A DNA stretch of 64,000 bases from Thermodesulfobacteriota bacterium (GTDB lineage: Bacteria; Desulfobacterota_D; UBA1144; Nemesobacterales; UBA2774), in NCBI GenBank assembly GCA_041753155.1, contig JBGSVA010000041.1, positions 7,583 to 71,582 of the forward strand. The letters are read 5' to 3'. A model generated the notes under the pieces. The model was not told the origin of the DNA and searched no databases. It saw only the letters and a list, made by a program, of their open reading frames with translations. A program made the translations under genes and the position numbers. Shown here piece by piece: positions 10,330-19,296 of the stretch; the stretch's first letter is position 1; every line of letters begins with the position of its first letter.

Positions 10330-12579
10330 TCAGCGCGCCCCGGCGAATTTGTAATCATTAGCGGATCGATCGCTTTCATCGATTTCATTCACCGCGTGCG
10401 AGATCGTGGCAATTGATCCCAGTATCCCGTCTATCCCGGTAAGGACGAGAGAAAACCTTTCGAGCTCCTCGCTCCCGTATGCAAACGTCGCCCTCCTGGA
10501 CCTGAATTCGTCTCTGGCTTTGCGAATTTCCTCGACGACCGCGACCGTGTCCTGCGAGCCTGCAATTTTACCCGGACTCACGAGCTTCGATGCCGCATCG
10601 GCGAAGCAATCCGTCATTTTCTCGTAATGTCCGCCCATGTACTCCATATACTTGTCGATCAGACTCTGGTCAGGCCCCTCATATATAGCGCGCTTGAGTG
10701 ATTCCGACTCGACGTATATCTTTTCGAGGGACTCGATGATCGTAAGGTACTGGCCTGCGTGCTTATAATCGCCGAACAGTATATATCCCGCATCTTTAAG
10801 AAGCGCGGAGCTCGAGGGGAGCTTCGACTCCAGGGAATCTATTTCCCGGCCGAGCTCCTCCATGTCTCCGGCCCTGCGTCCCAGAATAAGATTAAGTATA
10901 AGACCGGAGTCGGAGATCGCTGCCGACAATTTTTGTTTCAATAACTTTATCGGGTCCTGAGGCCATATGAAATGAAGGACAAATAAAACGACCAGGCAGC
11001 CCAGTATGATCCCGAGGAACCTGTCGAGAGCCAGGTTCAATGACACGGGAGGTCCGTTCGTTATAAGAAGCGACAGGGGCAGGACCAGACCCGCCTGTAC
11101 CCCCGCATAAGAAACCCTTTCGCTCCCGAGCGCAACGTAAGTCGCGAGGAAAAGGCCGAGAAAGAGGAGCATCACGAGTATCGGCATGTGGGGGGACTGG
11201 CTCAATATGTATAGACCCGCGAGTCCGTATAATCCGCCGAAGAGACACCCGAGAAACCTCAGCCTGGCTTTCAGGTGGGACATCCCCAGATTAGCCTGGT
11301 AGGAGATAACGAGGATCGTAATAATCGCCGAAAGCCCCACACCGGACGGAAGCGAGAGATACAGATACCCGAACACTATGACCATCACAGCCAAACCCGT
11401 CTTTATCCCTTTCTTGAGACTCTCGATATTGAGTTTAAATTCCCGCCGTGCAATATATGACCCATCTTTCGGCGGGGCTGATAGTGGTCGAGGGGATTCA
11501 CTGGAAACGATATGGGACTGAATCGCCCTCCATGCCGCCGAGATCTCATCAAGGTCTTCAGCCGCATTTTTCAGGAGACTGATAAAAGAACCGAGCTCGA
11601 GGACTTCCTCATATTCCCAGTCCGAGAAAGCCGCTTCCTTCCTCATGGCGATATATTTTTCTTCGAGTGCGCGCAGCCTTTCATGTATTTCGCCTCCCCC
11701 GTATTCGAAGGAGCTCTTTCTCAGGATCGAATCTTCGAGGTCGGAAAAGGTGCTCTCCGTGGCTTCGAGAACTCCGTAGATTCCCGACGACAGCTCGCCT
11801 TCGGATAAAAACGGCGCGTCCTTATGCAGCATTACGTCGATCGATTCGAGCTTTACGAAGAGGCTCTTCGAATGCGCGATTAATTTAATGTACAGGTCGC
11901 CGGGAAAGAGCCCTTCTCTCTCTTCTTTTTCCGCACGCGTTATCAGAGAGGAGATGCTGCTAATAGTGTCGAGCGTAAGCCTATTCCTGACCGGCCCGGG
12001 GCTCTCGCCTTCCTTCGCTTTCGAAATGAGGGCGTGAACGGTATCCCTGAACCCGCCTGCGACTCTGGACATGCTCTCCTTTATGGATGTCAATGTTTTC
12101 GGAGGCCATAGTAAATAGTCGATCAGCCAGACGACGAGGACGCCCAACGCTATCTGTATTATCCAGTCGACGGTCAAAGCCTCCGCGGCGCCGATGGAAA
12201 CGAGCCCGGTGTACATCACGCCCGCGGTCGCTACCGAGACCATCAGCGACGCGTATGAAAACTTTTGTTCGACGTAAAGGTATGTGCTGAGACACAGCCA
12301 GAAAAAGATGGTAAACAGATACAAGGGCAGCATGTTGTGAAAAATGTATACCGATATAAGGCCTATTACGGCGCCTAAAGAGCGCCCGAGCCATCTCTCG
12401 ATCCCCTGCTCGAAGGTATTGTCCCTGTGCACGGTCATCATGATGTGCACGGTCATAACCGCGAAATAGGGCGCCGGTATATGGAGGAACGCGCTCAGTA
12501 TCACACAGAGAGACCCCGCAAGGGCGACCTTGAGCGAATGCCTTACCCTGTAGGATTTGATATGCTCCTCGATTGTCAT
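10330..12579 (-). CDS. FUSC-family efflux membrane protein, paralogue 2, in tandem with paralogue 1
   Basis: Same architecture as paralogue 1 and alignable by eye (HSLKVALAGSL.. versus KIALKITLGGV..). Confidence 0.7.
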   Translation of the reverse strand: MTIEEHIKSYRVRHSLKVALAGSLCVILSAFLHIPAPYFAVMTVHIMMTVHRDNTFEQGIERWLGRSLGAVIGLISVYIFHNMLPLYLFTIFFWLCLSTYLYVEQKFSYASLMVSVATAGVMYTGLVSIGAAEALTVDWIIQIALGVLVVWLIDYLLWPPKTLTSIKESMSRVAGGFRDTVHALISKAKEGESPGPVRNRLTLDTISSISSLITRAEKEEREGLFPGDLYIKLIAHSKSLFVKLESIDVMLHKDAPFLSEGELSSGIYGVLEATESTFSDLEDSILRKSSFEYGGGEIHERLRALEEKYIAMRKEAAFSDWEYEEVLELGSFISLLKNAAEDLDEISAAWRAIQSHIVSSESPRPLSAPPKDGSYIARREFKLNIESLKKGIKTGLAVMVIVFGYLYLSLPSGVGLSAIITILVISYQANLGMSHLKARLRFLGCLFGGLYGLAGLYILSQSPHMPILVMLLFLGLFLATYVALGSERVSYAGVQAGLVLPLSLLITNGPPVSLNLALDRFLGIILGCLVVLFVLHFIWPQDPIKLLKQKLSAAISDSGLILNLILGRRAGDMEELGREIDSLESKLPSSSALLKDAGYILFGDYKHAGQYLTIIESLEKIYVESESLKRAIYEGPDQSLIDKYMEYMGGHYEKMTDCFADAASKLVSPGKIAGSQDTVAVVEEIRKARDEFRSRRATFAYGSEELERFSLVLTGIDGILGSIATISHAVNEIDESDRSANDYKFAGAR

Positions 12580-12623
12580 CCAGATTCAGATTATCACACG
12601 CGGCGCCAAAACATGTCAAACTG

Positions 12624-12653
12624 TTGACAAAACCTCGATACTGATGGGATAAT
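12624..12653 (+). promoter_or_regulatory. Sigma70-like promoter (TTGACA-N18-GATAAT) for the downstream membrane-protein gene
   Basis: TTGACA at 12624-12629 and GATAAT at 12648-12653. The -10 overlaps the first ATG of the ORF track, which argues the real start is the ATG at 12706. Confidence 0.45.
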
Positions 12654-12705
12654 GGCTTCATTACGAGCATTTGCAGGCCGATATCACAATAACCCGGGGA
12701 AAAAC

Positions 12706-13539
12706 ATGATAATACCGGATACGATGACTGGGGGCGCGCTTGTCCTCTGGTACATACTCACCGCGGCGTCGCTCGTCTTCCTAATATACGACCTCGAGAC
12801 GAATACCCCTGCCCAGTGGGTGATGAAGCTCGCCTGGATATTGATAGTCCTCTACACGGGTCCCCTCGGGCTTTTTATATACATGCTCTCCTGCCGGGAG
12901 CCCCTTCCGGGGACGCACGACGCATTCATTGCGCCTCACTGGAAGCAGTCCGTGGGCTCTCTCATGCACTGCGTCGCGGGGGACGCGACCGGGATCATAT
13001 TGGGCGCAATCGTCACGTACCATCTCGCTCTCCCTAACGGCATAGACCTGATAATCGAATACGCGGCCGCTTTCGTCGTGGGGCTCCTCATATTCCAGGC
13101 CCTGTTCATGAAATCCATGGCCGGGGGGAACTACCTGGAAGCCGTAAAAAAGACGTTCTTCTCCGAGACCGTATCGATGAACTTCGTAATGGTCGGCATG
13201 ATCCCCGTGATGGCGATAATGAGGATGAAGATACCGGGCGGGGACGACCCGAAGGGCCTCATGTTCTGGGGGATATCCGCAATTGCGACGATAGCGGGGG
13301 CGATAACCGCGTACCCTGTAAATTCCTGGCTCGTCGGGAGCGGGCTCAAGCACGGGATGATGTCGGCCGTATCGGGCAAGCCTTCGATGGAGGGAATGCC
13401 CGGAATGCCGGGAGATATGAAGCATAAAACCCCGCATGTGACGTTCATGAAAAAACTGGGCGTGTTTTTCCTATCGGCGGGGTTTCTTCTGGCAGCCGTA
13501 TGGATTACGTCGCAGTTCATCGAACTTAAGCTTCGCTGA
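12706..13539 (+). CDS. Integral membrane protein (DUF4396-like). The ORF-track start at 12652 is probably too far upstream.
   Basis: Multiple TM helices. The start is chosen at MIIPDTM, downstream of the putative promoter. Confidence 0.5.
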   Translation: MIIPDTMTGGALVLWYILTAASLVFLIYDLETNTPAQWVMKLAWILIVLYTGPLGLFIYMLSCREPLPGTHDAFIAPHWKQSVGSLMHCVAGDATGIILGAIVTYHLALPNGIDLIIEYAAAFVVGLLIFQALFMKSMAGGNYLEAVKKTFFSETVSMNFVMVGMIPVMAIMRMKIPGGDDPKGLMFWGISAIATIAGAITAYPVNSWLVGSGLKHGMMSAVSGKPSMEGMPGMPGDMKHKTPHVTFMKKLGVFFLSAGFLLAAVWITSQFIELKLR

Positions 13540-13573
13540 TACTATTGAGGCCGGTCCGCATAACCCCGGCGAA

Positions 13574-14245
13574 TTGCATGCTAGAATTACTTCAATGGTC
13601 AAAGGCAACACACTCGAAGAATTGAAATCCGAATATGCCCGCAGGAAGGACACGATCGAGGCGCAGCTCGGTGAGTTCAGGAAGATACGCGAGAGTGCCG
13701 ACGACAGGAAGATATTCGAAGAGCTCGCGTACTGCATCCTGACGTCCGCCGTAGGGCCTAAGGTCGGTCTCAAATCGCTCGAAGCGATAAGAGATATTCT
13801 TCTCGACGGGACGGCGGAGTACACCGAAAGTACACTAAAAGGTATCCATAAGTACCCCGAAAAAGCATATTTTATCGTCCACACGCGCGAATACCTTAAA
13901 AAGGAATACGGTTTCAAGCTCCGGGAGCTCGTCGATTCGTTCCCGGGCCCCGAGGAAAGGAGGGACTTCTTCGCGCTGAATAAAGATATAAAGGGACTCG
14001 GCTATACGCAGACGAGCCATTTTCTGAGGAACATCGGATTCCAGGGGTATGCCATACTCGATAAAAACGTCATTAAATCGCTCTACGATTTAGGTATAAT
14101 AGACTCCCCGAAGCCGCCTTCGACCGGAAAGAAGTACAAGGAGATAGAAGACAGGATGAAATCTTTGGCCGGTGAGCTCGGAATAGGTCTCGACGAGCTC
14201 GACATGCTCCTCTGGAGCCTCAAAACCGGACGAATACCCATATGA
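13574..14245 (+). CDS. ogg: N-glycosylase/DNA lyase (Ogg2-type 8-oxoguanine DNA glycosylase, HhH-GPD). The start is TTG at 13574 or ATG at 13595.
   Basis: HhH-GPD region LNKDIKGLGYTQTSHFLRNIG and an overall Ogg2-like sequence. Confidence 0.7.
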   Translation: MHARITSMVKGNTLEELKSEYARRKDTIEAQLGEFRKIRESADDRKIFEELAYCILTSAVGPKVGLKSLEAIRDILLDGTAEYTESTLKGIHKYPEKAYFIVHTREYLKKEYGFKLRELVDSFPGPEERRDFFALNKDIKGLGYTQTSHFLRNIGFQGYAILDKNVIKSLYDLGIIDSPKPPSTGKKYKEIEDRMKSLAGELGIGLDELDMLLWSLKTGRIPI

Positions 14246-15318
14246 CGCTGATATTTTTCGCAATCGGAATTATTATTCTGATCGCGGGCGCCGAGGCCCT
14301 GATAAGAGGGGCGTCGAGGCTCGCTTCCACGGTAGGAATATCCCCCCTCGTAGTCGGCCTGACAGTGGTCGCGTTCGGGACGAGCTCTCCCGAGCTCGCA
14401 GTGAGCGTAATCGCAAGCGTGAACGATAAGGCGGATATCAGCCTCGGCAACGTAATCGGAAGCAACATCTTAAACGTGCTCTTCATTCTGGGCTTATCCG
14501 CAGTCATAGTCCCCCTCGCCGTATCGCGGCAAATCATCAGGTTAGACGTCCCAATTATGATCATCTGCTCGGTCCTCGTGCTCCTCATGGGGCTCGACGG
14601 GAGCATCAGCCGGACGGACGGTATACTTTTTACGGCGGGTATTGTTGCATATACAACCTTCTTAATACTGCAGAGCAGAAAAGAAAAGGAGAGGCCTTCA
14701 GACGAGTTCGTAAAGGAATACAAAGCAAACGGGAAAAAAACGCTCCTCATCGACATTGCGCTCGTAGCGGCGGGTCTAGGGCTGCTCGTGCTCGGCTCGC
14801 GCTGGCTCGTGAACGGGGCAGTAATGATAGCGACTTACCTCGGATTGAGCGAGCTGATAATAGGGCTTACCATCGTAGCCGCGGGAACGTCTCTCCCCGA
14901 AGTCGCGACTTCAGTCATCGCCAGCATACGCGGGGAGCGGGACATAGCCGTGGGGAACATCGTCGGGAGCAATATATTCAATATTCTGGCAGTGTTAGGA
15001 ATCTCGAGCATAGCGGCGCCCGATGGGATCACGGTACCGGAATCGGCCCTGAGGTTCGACATACCGGTTATGACTGCCGTCGCAGTCGCCTGTCTGCCGA
15101 TCTTCTTCACGGGGAACGTGATCGCCCGCTGGGAAGGAAAACTCTTCCTGCTCTACTATGCGGCCTATACGACCTACATCGTGCTCGATTCGACCGACCA
15201 CTATTTCGAGAGGACCTTCGCTTTCGGGATGATCTGGTTCGTTATACCGCTCACCGCCATTACCCTCGCCGTACTGGTAATCCGTTCTATCCGGCGTAAC
15301 CGGAAGGGATATGCGTAA
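14242..15318 (+). CDS. Ca2+/Na+ antiporter, CaCA family (YrbG-like)
   Basis: Duplicated alpha-repeat motifs GTSSPELAVS and GTSLPEVATS. About 10 TM helices. Confidence 0.8.
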   Translation: MTLIFFAIGIIILIAGAEALIRGASRLASTVGISPLVVGLTVVAFGTSSPELAVSVIASVNDKADISLGNVIGSNILNVLFILGLSAVIVPLAVSRQIIRLDVPIMIICSVLVLLMGLDGSISRTDGILFTAGIVAYTTFLILQSRKEKERPSDEFVKEYKANGKKTLLIDIALVAAGLGLLVLGSRWLVNGAVMIATYLGLSELIIGLTIVAAGTSLPEVATSVIASIRGERDIAVGNIVGSNIFNILAVLGISSIAAPDGITVPESALRFDIPVMTAVAVACLPIFFTGNVIARWEGKLFLLYYAAYTTYIVLDSTDHYFERTFAFGMIWFVIPLTAITLAVLVIRSIRRNRKGYA

Positions 15319-15420
15319 CGGGGAGGCGCTTCCCATTTATCAGCGCACATTGTGTGTTGCTGATTCCGTGCATGTCGGGGAAAAAAAAGAGATTGCCGCG
15401 CTGAGCTCGCAGTCATAATT

Positions 15421-15710
15421 GTAGGAGCGGCTTCCAGCCGCGAATGGTAAAGACAAAGAAAAGGCAAGAATAATTCTCTTCTTTTCCTTGATGAAAAGAA
15501 GCAAAAATCATCCGACGCACATAATTTGCTAAAAATATCATATTAAGGCTAAAATCTTTCAATTCCACCCCATCCCTGAAAGATTTTCACGCCTTAATAA
15601 TCTATTTTCTTAACGCAAATTCTGTAATGTCGGGAAAGGAAAAAGATAGATTTCTCGCCTGCGGCTCGAAATGACAGATAAAATGAATCGCGGCTGGAAG
15701 CCGCTCCTAC
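15421..15710. repeat. Copy A of a structured intergenic repeat family. The core is ~15476-15637. It is bounded by perfect 23-bp terminal inverted repeats (gtaggagcggcttccagccgcga / tcgcggctggaagccgctcctac).
   Basis: The TIRs are exact reverse complements. The core is shared with copies at ~20728 and ~30088. Confidence 0.8.
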
Positions 15711-15737
15711 GGTTTATTATTGCCGCGTTCCGCATAA

Positions 15738-16406
15738 TCAGAGAGTGAGACCGATGAATACCTCGGCGTATTCCATTACCGTAATTCCGTCAGTCTCGTC
15801 GAAGACTGCCCTGTACCTGTTGAGACCCGTGATCCCACCGGTGTAATCCTTATAATCGATCTGGCTCTTGTGGGCGTCGATAGCTGCTGTTTTTAGGTGC
15901 ATTTGAAGCGATATGTCTTCGATCCTGTCGTAGGCCGGGAAAGGGGTCCAGACTTCGTAGCACCAGATCCCGGGCCGGACAGGCATTTCATCAGCCGGCA
16001 TACCCTTGATGGTTTCGAGCGCTATTGATGACACCGCCCTGTGTGTCGGGTGCTTGTCGATTTCCGGATGAGGCATATAAACCTCTTCGGGCTTGAACCT
16101 TCTTAACGCTACTCTCAGCTCCTTTTGAAAGTGATCCCTGTTTTCCCCGCTCTTCACGTCCCCGAGCCCGAGGAGTATCAGGTACTCGACGCCCAGAATA
16201 CCGACCGCTTCCCTGACCTCCGACTCCCGGAGCCGGGCGACCTCGTCCTCGCTGAGACCGTATACGCTCGTACTCCTCCTCCCGTCGGTCACGACGAGGG
16301 ACACGACGTCTATGCCGCTGTCGATAAGCTTGGCGGCCGTACCGCCCATGCCTATCTCCATGTCGTCGGGGTGGGGCGAAATTATGAGGACGTTCCTCTC
16401 CGGCAT
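15738..16406 (-). CDS. PIG-L/LmbE-family N-acetylglucosaminyl deacetylase (BshB-like)
   Basis: VLIISPHPDDMEIGMGGT and HxxH motifs. The start at MPERNVL has an AAGGA RBS; the longer ORF start lacks an SD sequence. Confidence 0.75.
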   Translation of the reverse strand: MPERNVLIISPHPDDMEIGMGGTAAKLIDSGIDVVSLVVTDGRRSTSVYGLSEDEVARLRESEVREAVGILGVEYLILLGLGDVKSGENRDHFQKELRVALRRFKPEEVYMPHPEIDKHPTHRAVSSIALETIKGMPADEMPVRPGIWCYEVWTPFPAYDRIEDISLQMHLKTAAIDAHKSQIDYKDYTGGITGLNRYRAVFDETDGITVMEYAEVFIGLTL

Positions 16407-16476
16407 GGCTTTAGTATTCCTTGACAATTCAATCTTATCAATCACCATTAATTTGTCTGAAAGGAGACCCGACGAA

Positions 16477-17943
16477 ATGGATTACGAACCGGTTATAGGG
16501 CTCGAGGTGCACGCGCAGCTCAAGACCAAGTCGAAAATATTCTCACCGGCCCCGACTGAGTTCGGCGCTCCGCCCAACTCCCAGGTCAACCCCATATGCC
16601 TCGGGATGCCGGGCGTGCTCCCTGTGCTGAACGGGAAGGCCCTGGAATACGCGGTGAAGGCCGCGCTCGCAGTCAACTGCGAGATACACGGCCGGTCCCG
16701 GTTCGCCCGGAAAAACTACTTCTACCCGGACCTGCCGAAGGGCTATCAGATTTCGCAGTACGAAGAGCCCTTTTCCACCGGGGGATGGCTCGACATCGGC
16801 GCAAACGGCGCGGCGAAGAAAATAAGGATAACCAGGATACACATGGAAGAGGACGCCGGGAAGCTCGTCCACGAAAACGCAGGCGGGTCGAGCTACGTCG
16901 ACCTCAACCGCGCCGGGGTCCCGCTCATCGAGATCGTGAGCGAGCCCGATATCGCGAGCGCCGAGGAAGCGGTGCTATATCTGAAAAAGCTCCGCTCGAT
17001 ACTGATGTATATAGGGGTGTGCGACGGCAACATGGAGGAAGGGAGCCTGAGGTGCGACGCTAACGTGTCCGTCCGTCCTAAGGGAAGCAAAACGCTCGGC
17101 ACTAAGGTCGAGATAAAGAACGTGAATTCGTTCAAGTTCATACAGAAAGCCATAGTGTATGAGATAAGGAGGCAGGTCTCGGTCATCGAAGGGGGCGGGA
17201 ATATAGTACAGGAAACGAGGCTGTTCGACGCCGACAAGGGCATCACATTTTCGATGAGGACGAAGGAGGAAGCGCACGACTACAGGTATTTCCCCGACCC
17301 CGATCTGCTGCCGGTCGTTATAGAGAAGGAGAAAATCGAAGAGCTGCGCGCGTCTCTCCCCGAATTGCCCGATCAGAGACTTATGCGATTTACGGAAGAG
17401 TATAAGCTCCCCGAGTATGACGCGTCCGTGCTTACGGCGTCGAAAGAGATCGCCGACTACTTCGAGAAATGCCTCGGCGCTTACAACAACCCGAAAGCGG
17501 TGAGCAACTGGATAATGACAGAAGTCATGAGAGAGCTTAAAGATGAAGATGAAATTAAGGATTTTTCTGTACCGCCTAAAATGGTCGCTGTGCTGGTTAA
17601 GTTTATAGACGACGGCACGATAAACCGTAATATGGCCAAGGAAGTATTTGGAGAAATGGTTACAAAAAAAATAATACTTACTGAAAAAATTGGATTCGAA
17701 GAGTCAATCAAAATAACCAGAGAAATAATCGAGGAAAAAGGGATAGAACAGATATCCGACAGAGGGGAGCTTGAAAATATCATATCCGGAATCCTTAAAG
17801 ACCACCCGGCGGAAATATCGAGGTATAAAGCGGGTGACGAGAAGCTTATAGGGTTTTTCGTCGGCAAGGTGATGAAAGCCACTCAGGGGAAGGCGAACCC
17901 GAAGGTCGTGAACGAGATATTGACCGCGGAGCTCTCGAAATAA
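16477..17943 (+). CDS. gatB: Asp-tRNA(Asn)/Glu-tRNA(Gln) amidotransferase subunit B
   Basis: MDYEPVIGLEVHAQL... is the canonical GatB N-terminus. AAAGGAG RBS upstream. The ORF-track N-extension is an artefact. Confidence 0.9.
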   Translation: MDYEPVIGLEVHAQLKTKSKIFSPAPTEFGAPPNSQVNPICLGMPGVLPVLNGKALEYAVKAALAVNCEIHGRSRFARKNYFYPDLPKGYQISQYEEPFSTGGWLDIGANGAAKKIRITRIHMEEDAGKLVHENAGGSSYVDLNRAGVPLIEIVSEPDIASAEEAVLYLKKLRSILMYIGVCDGNMEEGSLRCDANVSVRPKGSKTLGTKVEIKNVNSFKFIQKAIVYEIRRQVSVIEGGGNIVQETRLFDADKGITFSMRTKEEAHDYRYFPDPDLLPVVIEKEKIEELRASLPELPDQRLMRFTEEYKLPEYDASVLTASKEIADYFEKCLGAYNNPKAVSNWIMTEVMRELKDEDEIKDFSVPPKMVAVLVKFIDDGTINRNMAKEVFGEMVTKKIILTEKIGFEESIKITREIIEEKGIEQISDRGELENIISGILKDHPAEISRYKAGDEKLIGFFVGKVMKATQGKANPKVVNEILTAELSK

Positions 17944-17992
17944 TACAAGCCCGGTATTCTACGGGATTCAGTACAGGATTTACGGTATAGAC

Positions 17993-19153
17993 TCAGAACT
18001 TATACTTACTCAACTCGAACATTAGCTGCTTCAGGTACTCAGAACTCGAGCCGGCGATGCGCCTCTTGATGCCCTTCCATTCCTCGACAGGGATTGTCGC
18101 GAACACTTCGATCACTTCGGGATCGAACTGGGAGCCCGATGCCTCAGTTATAATCTGCACCGCATCCTCGAAAGGTACCGCTTTCCTGTAAGCCCTGCGC
18201 GAGGTCATCGCGTCTAACGCGTCGACCACCGAGAATATCCTCGCGCCTAACGGTATCTCGTCTCCGGAAAGCCCGGACGGATAACCCTGCCCGTCATACC
18301 TCTCGTGGTGCGTATGGACTATCCTTGCCGATGCCTCCAGGAAATCTATCCTTTTAAGGAGGTCGTATCCGAATTGCGCGTGCTTCCTCATATGCTCCCA
18401 TTCCTCTTCCGTGAGCTTGTCGGGCTTGAGGAGAATGTGATCGGGCACGCCTATTTTGCCGATGTCGTGGAGCAGTGCCCCTTTCGCTATTACCGAGAGC
18501 TCCTCTTCGCTCAGGTTCATATGCTTCCCGAGATTGATCGCGAACTCGGTAACCCTGTAGGAGTGATAACCCGTTTCATGCTCCCTCAGGTCGAGCGCCA
18601 GGATCATCGCCTCGAGAGTGCCTGAATACGCCCTCACCAGCTCTTCCGTCTGCTGAATGACCTTCTTTTCGAGATTTTTCTGGTAATCCTTATTCGCTTT
18701 TATGAGATTCGAGCGCTCGATCGCCCGCCTTATCACAGTATCGACGTCCGTCACGTGGAAAGGCTTGAAGACGTAATCATAAGCCCCCTCCTTCAGTGCG
18801 GCCCTTACGTTCTCTATATCGCGAGACGCGGAAACCATTATTATCGAGAGGTCGGGTGAGTAATTTTTCAGCTTCTTTAGCGTCTCTATGCCGTTTAACT
18901 TAGGCATCTGTATATCGAGGAGGACGACGTCATAGTCCTTTACCCTGTAGAACTTCTCCAGAGCCTCGAGACCGTTCGCGGCGACATCGCACCTGTAGCC
19001 GAGCTCTTCGAGCGCCTCGACGAAGAGACTCCTTATCGCATCCTCATCATCTACGATAAGGATTTTTTCTCCGGTGTTTCTCACCGTATCATGTGAGATT
19101 TTTTTAGCCATTTCCATATTATCTATTATCCATGAAGCTGATGCCCCATCCAA
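17993..19153 (-). CDS. Response regulator with receiver plus HD-GYP c-di-GMP phosphodiesterase domains (RpfG-like)
   Basis: REC domain (ILIVDDEDAIR...DVVLLDIQMP) and HD-GYP motifs (HHERYDGQGYPSGL). Confidence 0.8.
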   Translation of the reverse strand: MDGASASWIIDNMEMAKKISHDTVRNTGEKILIVDDEDAIRSLFVEALEELGYRCDVAANGLEALEKFYRVKDYDVVLLDIQMPKLNGIETLKKLKNYSPDLSIIMVSASRDIENVRAALKEGAYDYVFKPFHVTDVDTVIRRAIERSNLIKANKDYQKNLEKKVIQQTEELVRAYSGTLEAMILALDLREHETGYHSYRVTEFAINLGKHMNLSEEELSVIAKGALLHDIGKIGVPDHILLKPDKLTEEEWEHMRKHAQFGYDLLKRIDFLEASARIVHTHHERYDGQGYPSGLSGDEIPLGARIFSVVDALDAMTSRRAYRKAVPFEDAVQIITEASGSQFDPEVIEVFATIPVEEWKGIKRRIAGSSSEYLKQLMFELSKYKF

Positions 19154-19296
19154 GCAGAGTTTTTGCCTGATCTCATACGTTCGGCTTTTTCAGATTAAAC
19201 GGGAGTGATCCACTACCCATCACCCCGATGAGTACCGCATCTAACCCCCATTACATATAAATATACAGTCAAAAGTTTGACACAGGCATTTTTAGT

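Noticed and set aside
12652-12705. An N-terminal extension of the membrane protein from the ATG at 12652
   Set aside because: That ATG lies inside the predicted -10 hexamer of the only recognisable promoter. The ATG at 12706 is preferred.
15319-15737. A CRISPR array or other short tandem repeats in the repeat-rich intergenic regions (also 20443-21074 and 29738-30366)
   Set aside because: There are no regularly spaced direct repeats with unique spacers. The repeats are long (~165 bp) and dispersed, with internal inverted repeats.
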